A DNA stretch of 64,000 bases. It comes from a virus. A model generated the notes under the pieces. It did not search any database. It was not told the DNA's origin and worked only from the letters and a program-made list of their open reading frames with translations. Shown here in pieces: positions 57,370 to 64,000 of this stretch. Position 1 is the first letter of the stretch, and every line of letters starts with the position of its first letter. The position numbers were made by a program, and so were the translations under genes. The stretch lies in the IMG/VR virus record IMGVR_UViG_3300047557_003310, positions 1 through 64,000 of that record. One strand, written 5' to 3'.

Positions 57370-58482
57370 ATGAAATTGAAAATGACTGAGAACAACATTA
57401 TTTCAGATCTCCTTGATATGTTCGGTAGTAATATTACTTCTGCAGAAATTAAAGCTTATTGTGCAATGAAAGATGTTTCATATCCTACTGTAACTCGTCG
57501 ATTGGAAAAGTATAAGTCTGGTCATGGTAAATGGAATTTAGAAGTCACATTAGAAGCTATTGATTCAATCGAAAAATCATATTCTGCTCCAGCGGTTGAA
57601 CCAGAAGTAGAAAAAAATCTTATTCCAGAACGAGATCCTAATTTTGTTTCTTTTGGTAATTTTTCTGATATTAAGAAAGTAATTTCATCTGGCATCTTTT
57701 ACCCAGTGTTTATTACTGGTCTATCTGGTAATGGTAAAACTATGGCAGTTGAGCAAGCATGTGCTCAACTTAAACGAGAATTGATTCGATTCAATGTAAC
57801 TGTAGAAACAGATTCTGATGATTTGATTGGAGGGTTTCGTCTTCAAAATGGAGATACAGTTTGGCACAATGGTCCTGTAGTTGAAGCAATGGAACGAGGT
57901 GCAATTCTACTTCTTGATGAATGTGATCTAGCCTCCAATAAGATCATGGTTCTACAGTCTGTGCTAGAAGGCAAACCACTGTTTCTTAAAAAGATTGGTA
58001 AAGTCATTCATCCTAAGCAAGGTTTTAATATTATTGCCACCGCTAACACAAAAGGTAAAGGTTCAGATGACGGAAGATTCATTGGAACTAATGTACTTAA
58101 TGAAGCGTTTCTAGAAAGGTTTAGTGTTACTTTTGAACAACAATACCCAACAACCTCAGTAGAAATTAAGATTCTCACAAAACTAGCAAAATCTATTGGT
58201 CTTGATGATCAGGATGATTTTATTCGTAAACTTGTTAATTGGAGTGATACAATCCGTAAAACATTTTTTGATGGTGGAATCGATGAAGTTATTTCCACTC
58301 GTCGTTTAATCCATCTTCTGAAAGCTTATGTGATCTTTAATAATAAAGTAAAAGCAATCAAATATAGTATTGCTCGATTTGACGAAGAAACTAAATCTTC
58401 TTTCATGGAGCTTTATGAAAAGATTGATGAAGACTTTGTGATTAATCAAACTGAAGAGGTTGACTCAGAGGAAACTATCTGA
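57370..58482 (+). CDS. cobS: CobS-like MoxR-family AAA+ ATPase
   Basis: GLSGNGKT, LLLDE, TANTKGKGSDDGRF, NEAFLERF, STRRL. Confidence 0.88.
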   Translation: MKLKMTENNIISDLLDMFGSNITSAEIKAYCAMKDVSYPTVTRRLEKYKSGHGKWNLEVTLEAIDSIEKSYSAPAVEPEVEKNLIPERDPNFVSFGNFSDIKKVISSGIFYPVFITGLSGNGKTMAVEQACAQLKRELIRFNVTVETDSDDLIGGFRLQNGDTVWHNGPVVEAMERGAILLLDECDLASNKIMVLQSVLEGKPLFLKKIGKVIHPKQGFNIIATANTKGKGSDDGRFIGTNVLNEAFLERFSVTFEQQYPTTSVEIKILTKLAKSIGLDDQDDFIRKLVNWSDTIRKTFFDGGIDEVISTRRLIHLLKAYVIFNNKVKAIKYSIARFDEETKSSFMELYEKIDEDFVINQTEEVDSEETI

Positions 58483-58515
58483 TATAATTGAGGGAGGTAA
58501 TATTCCTCCCTTTTT
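58460..58515 (+). promoter_or_regulatory. sigma70-like promoter abutting a terminator hairpin
   Basis: TTGACT-17 bp-TATAAT (58460-58488), then AGGGAGG...CCTCCCT plus T run. Confidence 0.75.
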
Positions 58516-58518
58516 AAC

Positions 58519-58935
58519 ATGAAACAAAATGATTTTTCATTAATCCCAGCCATTAATGATCCAAATGAAAAAAGTATATTGTTTAATGTAGACGACAAAA
58601 TTATTTTTGATTTTAATGCACTAGAGGACAATAAAATGTATACATCTGAATCCACTAACAACTTTTGGAAATATAATGAAGACAAAATACTGAAACAACT
58701 AGAGGAGTATATTAAAGGTACATATCGTCAACATTATGTTGATCGAACTGGAGGTGGAACCGAACAAACCTTAGATAAGATTAAACATAATCGTCGTGAA
58801 GGATTTTGCGCAGGTAATGTCACAAAATATATTGATAGGTATGATACTAAAGGAACACCTAGAGCAGACTTATTCAAGGTACTCCACTATACTATTCTCC
58901 TAATTAATCATCTTAATCTAATTGAAAACAAATGA
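58519..58935 (+). CDS. Conserved hypothetical protein (DUF3310-like)
   Basis: KYNEDKIL..YI..TY.QHY, FCAGNVTKY..RY..KG...DL.K.LHY. Confidence 0.7.
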   Translation: MKQNDFSLIPAINDPNEKSILFNVDDKIIFDFNALEDNKMYTSESTNNFWKYNEDKILKQLEEYIKGTYRQHYVDRTGGGTEQTLDKIKHNRREGFCAGNVTKYIDRYDTKGTPRADLFKVLHYTILLINHLNLIENK

Positions 58936-59600
58936 AACTTTCTAGTGACACTCTTATTATTCTAAAGAACTTTGCTTCCATTAATCAATCGATTTTTGTT
59001 AGAAAAGGAAATAACCTTCGCACAATGTCAGTGATGAAAAATGTCTTGGCAGAGGCAGTTGTAGAGGAAGAATTTCCCAAAAATTTTGCTATTTACGATT
59101 TAAATCAATTCCTGAATGGGATTAGTCTACATGACAACCCAGAATTAGACTTCTCAAATGATTCTTATTTGAATATTTTAGAAGGAAAAAGGAAAGTGAA
59201 ATATTTCTTTGCTGATCCTTCTGTGATTGTGTCTCCACCAGAAAAGGAGATCAAATTACCAACAGATGATGTAAAATTCGAATTGGAGCATTCTCAACTA
59301 GAAAAACTACTTAAAGCATCTGCAGTATATCAACTTCCAGATCTTGCAGCAGTTGGAGAAAATGGGACAATTAGTTTAGTAGTTAGGGATAAGAAGAATG
59401 ATACTTCTAATGAGTTTTCTATTGTAGTTGGTGAGACCGAGAACGTATTTACATTCAACTTTAAAGTTGAAAATATTAAGATTCTCCCAGGTGCATATAA
59501 TGTTTGTATCTCCAATAAACTTTTATCTAGATTTGAGAGTAAATCAAGAAATGTTAAGTACCACATTGCTCTAGAGCCAGATTCGACCTACATGGATTAA
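58932..59600 (+). CDS. g45: Sliding clamp gp45
   Basis: MKLS..T..ILKNFASINQS, FAIYDLNQFL, IALEPDS. Confidence 0.95.
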   Translation: MKLSSDTLIILKNFASINQSIFVRKGNNLRTMSVMKNVLAEAVVEEEFPKNFAIYDLNQFLNGISLHDNPELDFSNDSYLNILEGKRKVKYFFADPSVIVSPPEKEIKLPTDDVKFELEHSQLEKLLKASAVYQLPDLAAVGENGTISLVVRDKKNDTSNEFSIVVGETENVFTFNFKVENIKILPGAYNVCISNKLLSRFESKSRNVKYHIALEPDSTYMD

Positions 59601-59617
59601 GAATAAGATATTACATC

Positions 59618-60130
59618 ATGAACATCTTTGTGACTTCTCCTTGGCCTGCCGAAAGTGCCATTTGTCTCCCAGACAAGCACATCGTCAAGATGCCCCTAGA
59701 GTGCTGCCAAATGCTCTCTATTGTTGCATCAGAAAAATGGGGACACGGGTACGGCACTCTTCCTAAGGCAGATGGAACGCCTTACAAAACCGAGAAAGGA
59801 GCATTCCGCAATCATCCCTGTACCAAGTGGGCAATGGAAAGTATCCATAATGCCTACTGGCTAATCAAGTGGGGTTTAAATTTGTCCGATGAATACTGCC
59901 TGCGGTATAATAAAACTCATTCTTGCTATAAAACTCTTGTAGATGCTTTCTACTTGTTCCCTAAAGGTAAGATTACAGAAGTAACTCCATTTGCTCGCGC
60001 AATGCCAGATGAGTATAAACTTGACACAAGCATTGACACTTTTACTGCTTACAAGATGTATATCGCATCCAAACCTTGGGTTGCATCTAATTATCTTCGT
60101 ATGCCGCAACGAAAACCTGATTGGATTTAA
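59618..60130 (+). CDS. Pyrimidine-dimer DNA glycosylase (DenV/PDG-family-like)
   Basis: MNIFVT...DKHIVKMPLE..QMLS, HPCT.W, EY..RY.K.H, AMPD. Confidence 0.75.
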   Translation: MNIFVTSPWPAESAICLPDKHIVKMPLECCQMLSIVASEKWGHGYGTLPKADGTPYKTEKGAFRNHPCTKWAMESIHNAYWLIKWGLNLSDEYCLRYNKTHSCYKTLVDAFYLFPKGKITEVTPFARAMPDEYKLDTSIDTFTAYKMYIASKPWVASNYLRMPQRKPDWI

Positions 60131-60136
60131 TTAATT

Positions 60137-60292
60137 ATGGGATATTTTAAATTGTCATTTATGTTATGGAAAGAACTGATGCTTTTTGATGGTACAGTTC
60201 CTGGGTTTTATTTCTCTGATTGCTATTATGATTTCTGGGATTATTTGAATTATTCTTATGTTATCGGTGAAGTAAAGAATTATGGCAAGTGA
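60137..60292 (+). CDS. Small aromatic-rich hypothetical protein (51 aa)
   Basis: MGYFKLSFMLWKELMLFDG...YDFWDYLNY...GK*. Confidence 0.55.
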   Translation: MGYFKLSFMLWKELMLFDGTVPGFYFSDCYYDFWDYLNYSYVIGEVKNYGK

Positions 60293-60332
60293 ATTTGTTC
60301 TAACGGAAGAATAAAGGCCGCAAGTGACTGTA
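60282..60332 (+). pseudogene. Possible relic 5' end of another g44 allele
   Basis: Reads MASEFVLTEE*RPQV, resembling the clamp-loader start M..F...EKYRPQ. Confidence 0.45.
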
Positions 60333-60360
60333 ACTCTATTTAAAAAATTTTCTTAATATT

Positions 60361-61299
60361 ATGGTACGTGATTTTATTTTTGTTGAAAAATATGCTCCAC
60401 AAAAAGTTAAAGACTGTATTCTACCGGATTCTCTGAAAAAGTTTTTTACAGAAATAAGGGAATCAACCAAAGTTCCTAATATGATTCTTTCTGGTCCACC
60501 TGGAATTGGGAAGACATCTACTATTAAAGCATTGGCAAATGAATTAGAAAGAGATTTTATGGTAATAAATGGATCGGATGAACGATCTATTGATGTGATT
60601 AGAAATAAAGTTAAAAATTATGCTTCTACTTTGTCATTGTCAACTACAGGTAAAAAAATACTTTTAATAGATGAAGCAGACAATTTAACTCACGACGCTC
60701 AACTTGCATTAAGAGCTTCTATCGAAGACCTACAAAAGAATTGTACATTTATTTTTACGTGTAATTATAAAAATAAATTAATTCCACCTATTCATTCTCG
60801 TGCTGCTGCTATTGACTTTTCTATTCCACCAAAGGAAAAGCCAAAATTAGCGGCAGATTTTATGAAAAGAATTCTTCTCATTTTAGATACAGAGAAAATA
60901 GAATATGAAACTTCTGTTTTAGTTGCGATTATTAATAAGTATTTTCCAGATTTTAGGAGAACACTCAACGAAATTCAAAGATATTCTTCTAGTGGAAAAA
61001 TAGATTCTGGAATTTTAGCGCAAATTTCTGATATAAAAATTTCTAATTTAATTAAAAATTTGAAGGATAAAAATTTTACTGAAGTTAGAAAGTGGGTGAT
61101 TCAAAATATGGATAATGATCCAAATAAAATTTTGCGAAAGATTTATGATAATTTATATGAATCTGCTGTAGAATCTACTATACCATCTGCTATTTTAATT
61201 ATTTCTAAGTATCAGTATAGAAGTGCATTTGTAGCGGATAACGAGATTAATCTTCTTGCTTGTCTAACTGAAATTATGTGTGAAGTAGAATGGAAGTAA
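60361..61299 (+). CDS. g44: Clamp loader large subunit gp44
   Basis: VEKYAPQ, GPPGIGKT, IDEAD, HSR, FPDFRR. Confidence 0.95.
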   Translation: MVRDFIFVEKYAPQKVKDCILPDSLKKFFTEIRESTKVPNMILSGPPGIGKTSTIKALANELERDFMVINGSDERSIDVIRNKVKNYASTLSLSTTGKKILLIDEADNLTHDAQLALRASIEDLQKNCTFIFTCNYKNKLIPPIHSRAAAIDFSIPPKEKPKLAADFMKRILLILDTEKIEYETSVLVAIINKYFPDFRRTLNEIQRYSSSGKIDSGILAQISDIKISNLIKNLKDKNFTEVRKWVIQNMDNDPNKILRKIYDNLYESAVESTIPSAILIISKYQYRSAFVADNEINLLACLTEIMCEVEWK

Positions 61300-61682
61300 A
61301 TTATGAACTTAAAGATTGGATGAATTCAATTAATTTTACTAAAGAAAATTTAATTGAATCTAATCCAGAAAACATAAAATCATATCCACCTTATATTATA
61401 AATAAGTGCTTGTCCTCTCATATTGATAGCATATTATTTGCAAATGAGATGAATATTAGTAATAATCTTGATAAAGATATGCAGTATTTATTTTATCTAA
61501 ATAGTTTGAGAAAAAAGAAGAGATATTCTTCTTGGATCACTAAAAATAAGGTAGAAAATTTAGAATATATAAAAAAATATTATGGTTATAATGATGAGAA
61601 AGCTTCTCAAATTCTAAATATTTTAACTAAAGATCAAATTAATTTTATTAAAAAAAGACTTGATATCGGTGGAACGAAATGA
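61290..61682 (+). CDS. g62: Clamp loader small subunit gp62
   Basis: YPPYIINKCLS, ANEMN, LRKKKRYS.W, YYGYN.EKA. Confidence 0.92.
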   Translation: MEVNYELKDWMNSINFTKENLIESNPENIKSYPPYIINKCLSSHIDSILFANEMNISNNLDKDMQYLFYLNSLRKKKRYSSWITKNKVENLEYIKKYYGYNDEKASQILNILTKDQINFIKKRLDIGGTK

Positions 61683-62116
61683 CTACTATCAATGAACCCC
61701 AAGTAAACTGGACTCCAGATATGATGGTTGAGGTTACTTTATCTGAGCCAGATGATTTTTTGAAGGTTAGAGAAACACTTACTAGAATTGGTGTTGCATC
61801 AAGAAAAGAAAAAAAATTGTATCAATCTGTACATATTTTACACAAACAAGGTAGATACTATCTTGTTAGTTTTAAAGAATTGTTTGCTTTGGATGGTAAG
61901 CACGCAAATCTAACTGTTAATGATGTACAACGTAGAAATCGTATTATTAAACTTCTTTCTGATTGGGGTTTAGTTTCTGTAGTAAATCCAGATAAAGTAT
62001 CTGATATTGCTCCTTTAAATCAGATAAAGGTTTTACCTTACAAAGAAAAAGACGAATGGATACTAGAAGCAAAGTATTCTATTGGATCAAAAAAGAAAGT
62101 TGTAGAAACCGATTGA
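61679..62116 (+). CDS. regA: Translational repressor RegA
   Basis: DDFLKVRETLTRIGVAS, HILHKQGRYY, FKELFALDG. Confidence 0.96.
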   Translation: MTTINEPQVNWTPDMMVEVTLSEPDDFLKVRETLTRIGVASRKEKKLYQSVHILHKQGRYYLVSFKELFALDGKHANLTVNDVQRRNRIIKLLSDWGLVSVVNPDKVSDIAPLNQIKVLPYKEKDEWILEAKYSIGSKKKVVETD

Positions 62117-62224
62117 TTTTTTAGGGAGTTCCGTACTTCCATTTTTTATGTTCTCCAATATATAATTTAAGTGTTGGATGCTTCGGGTTCAACACTTTTA
62201 ACTTGCTTAAAAAGGAGAAACAAC

Positions 62225-62656
62225 ATGAACACAATAGTTAGGTACAATACTGGGAATATCCAGAAGTTCTTAAATGATATAGATAAGTATTCAATTGGAA
62301 TGGACGAATGGTTCCATAGATTTTCTGCCTTACACCAAACAGAATCAAATTATCCACCATATAATGTAATAAAGGAAAGTAATACGGAATTTAGATTAGA
62401 GGTAGCTCTTGCTGGATTTACCAAAAATCAAATTACTGTATATACTGAAAATAATAAACTTTTTGTTGAAGGAACAAAAGAAAACGACAATCAAAAGGAA
62501 TATGTCCATCAAGGATTGGCACAAAGAGCCTTTACTCGTGCCTGGACAATATCAGATGATGTCGAAGTGAAACAAGTTACTTTTGATAATGGCCTACTAA
62601 ACATTGAATTAGTAAAAGTGATTCCAGAACATCAAAAGAAAAAAGTTTGGTTTTAA
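62225..62656 (+). CDS. hsp20: Small heat-shock protein Hsp20 (IbpA-like)
   Basis: NYPPYNV, ALAGF, GLAQRAF, NGLL.I.L...PE; SD AAGGAG before ATG 62225. Confidence 0.93.
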   Translation: MNTIVRYNTGNIQKFLNDIDKYSIGMDEWFHRFSALHQTESNYPPYNVIKESNTEFRLEVALAGFTKNQITVYTENNKLFVEGTKENDNQKEYVHQGLAQRAFTRAWTISDDVEVKQVTFDNGLLNIELVKVIPEHQKKKVWF

Positions 62657-62671
62657 TTGAATCAAATTTAC

Positions 62672-62712
62672 GGGAGAGGTCGGTTGACTTCTCCCTTTTT
62701 TATTGCTATAAT
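62672..62712 (+). terminator. Terminator with an embedded sigma70-like promoter
   Basis: GGGAGAGGTC-GGTT-GACTTCTCCC plus T run; TTGACT (62684-62689), 17 bp, TATAAT (62707-62712). Confidence 0.8.
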
Positions 62713-62737
62713 GGATTGGACAGCTGCTTATTGAATT

Positions 62738-63034
62738 ATGGATGAAGAGATTATTGAAATTTATGATACTGTATCCATTATTGTTTTGCATACAAATCAG
62801 GTACTGATATCGAAAATTGAAGAAGTGTCAGCTGATATTGGAGAACCAAACTGTAGATTGATTGATCCATATGTAATTAATTACGATAAAGTAACTCAAA
62901 GTGCAACTCTTACTCAATGGTTGATTCCATACACTAGTCAAAATGTTTTTATGATTAGCTCAGATAAAATTTTGACAATATCTGAACCCAAACAACAAAT
63001 TCTAGATAAGTATAACAATTTGGTAAATAGCTGA
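62738..63034 (+). CDS. Conserved hypothetical protein
   Basis: DIGEPNCRLIDPY motif; between hsp20 and g43. Confidence 0.75.
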   Translation: MDEEIIEIYDTVSIIVLHTNQVLISKIEEVSADIGEPNCRLIDPYVINYDKVTQSATLTQWLIPYTSQNVFMISSDKILTISEPKQQILDKYNNLVNS

Positions 63035-64000
63035 TGCGTTGGTATACTAATGTAAAACAACTTGGGAATCGAATCTATGTTCGTGGTTATGATAATGGAG
63101 AACACTTTAAAGATGTAGTTGAATATAAGCCAACATTCTATGTAAAGACTGATAAGAAGAGTGAATATAAAACTCTTGATGGATCATATGTTAAAATGAT
63201 CCATCCTGGTACAATCAAAGAGTCTAAAGAGTTTGTTTCCAAATATAAGAATGTAGATGGATTTGAAATATTTGGAAATGAGACTTTTATCTACCAGTAC
63301 ATCTCTGATAATTATAGCGAAGATCAAATTGACTACGACATAACCAAAATTAAGATCTTTGCAATTGATATTGAGTGTGCATCTGAAAATGGATTCCCAG
63401 ATCCAAAGACATGCGATGAAGAGATTCTGTTAATTACAATTCAAGATTATACAACTAAAAAAATCTTTACTTGGGGAACTAGAAAATTCTCAGAAAATTT
63501 AAATGACCACAAGTATTTTTATTGTCATGACGAAGCGCATCTACTTAATTCTTTTCTAAACTACTGGCAAGAGAACACACCAGAAATCGTTACTGGATGG
63601 AATTGTCTCTATTATGACTTCCCATATATTATTGGAAGAATGTATAGATTGCTTGGGACGAAGGAGACTAAAAAGATGTCTCCTTATGGTTGGATTTCAG
63701 ATAGACAAGCTGAAGTTAGAAAAGATGAATTCCAAACAGTCTATGATATTTTTGGAGTTTCAATTGTAGATTATTTTGATCTTTATAAGAAGTATTCGTT
63801 TAAAAAGCCTGAAAACTTTAGACTGGATACTATTGCATTTAATGAACTAGGTCAAAATAAACTAGATCATAGTGAGTATGAGACATTCAAAGATTTTTAC
63901 GATAAAGACTGGAATACATTTGTAAAATATAATGTAATTGATACTGAGCTCGTAAATAAGTTAGAGGACAAACTCCACATGATTGAATTGGCGATCATGC
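63034..64000 (+). CDS. g43: DNA polymerase gp43, 5' part (truncated by window end)
   Basis: Open frame from TGATG at 63034: MRWYTNV..., exonuclease motifs AIDIEC, TGWN...DFPY, YNVIDTELV; absent from the ORF track because no stop occurs in the window. Confidence 0.93.
   Translation, partial: MRWYTNVKQLGNRIYVRGYDNGEHFKDVVEYKPTFYVKTDKKSEYKTLDGSYVKMIHPGTIKESKEFVSKYKNVDGFEIFGNETFIYQYISDNYSEDQIDYDITKIKIFAIDIECASENGFPDPKTCDEEILLITIQDYTTKKIFTWGTRKFSENLNDHKYFYCHDEAHLLNSFLNYWQENTPEIVTGWNCLYYDFPYIIGRMYRLLGTKETKKMSPYGWISDRQAEVRKDEFQTVYDIFGVSIVDYFDLYKKYSFKKPENFRLDTIAFNELGQNKLDHSEYETFKDFYDKDWNTFVKYNVIDTELVNKLEDKLHMIELAIM

Noticed and set aside
75-62791. Minus-strand ORFs and short alternate-frame ORFs in the ORF track
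   Set aside because: They overlap well-supported + strand genes or regulatory repeats and have no recognisable motifs, so I treated them as shadow ORFs.

Overview
This window is part of a T4-like cyanomyovirus (Kyanoviridae-type) genome, with essentially all genes on the + strand. Bases 1-5.8 kb form a visibly GC-richer 'early' region of small-gene cassettes. The cassettes are separated by a repeated unit: terminator hairpin, T-rich tract, conserved 48-bp element, leftward -10 box, 22-bp palindrome, rightward promoter. Six copies of the 48-bp element are present, one inverted, and they look like a multicopy small structured RNA. Cassette genes include a cyAbrB-N/ArdA-like fusion and a DUF6011-type Zn-finger protein. 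The rest is AT-rich core genome. It holds baseplate genes (g25, g6, a split g7-like gene, g8, a split VrlC/DUF4815-like gene), neck/tail/packaging/head genes (g13-g23, g3), uvsY, uvsW, g55, g47/g46, a CobT/CobS-like VWA + AAA pair, g45, a pyrimidine-dimer glycosylase, g44, g62, regA, hsp20 and the 5' part of g43. I recognised no tRNA, rRNA, CRISPR array or transposase. Product calls come from recalled motifs and synteny, not from database searches.
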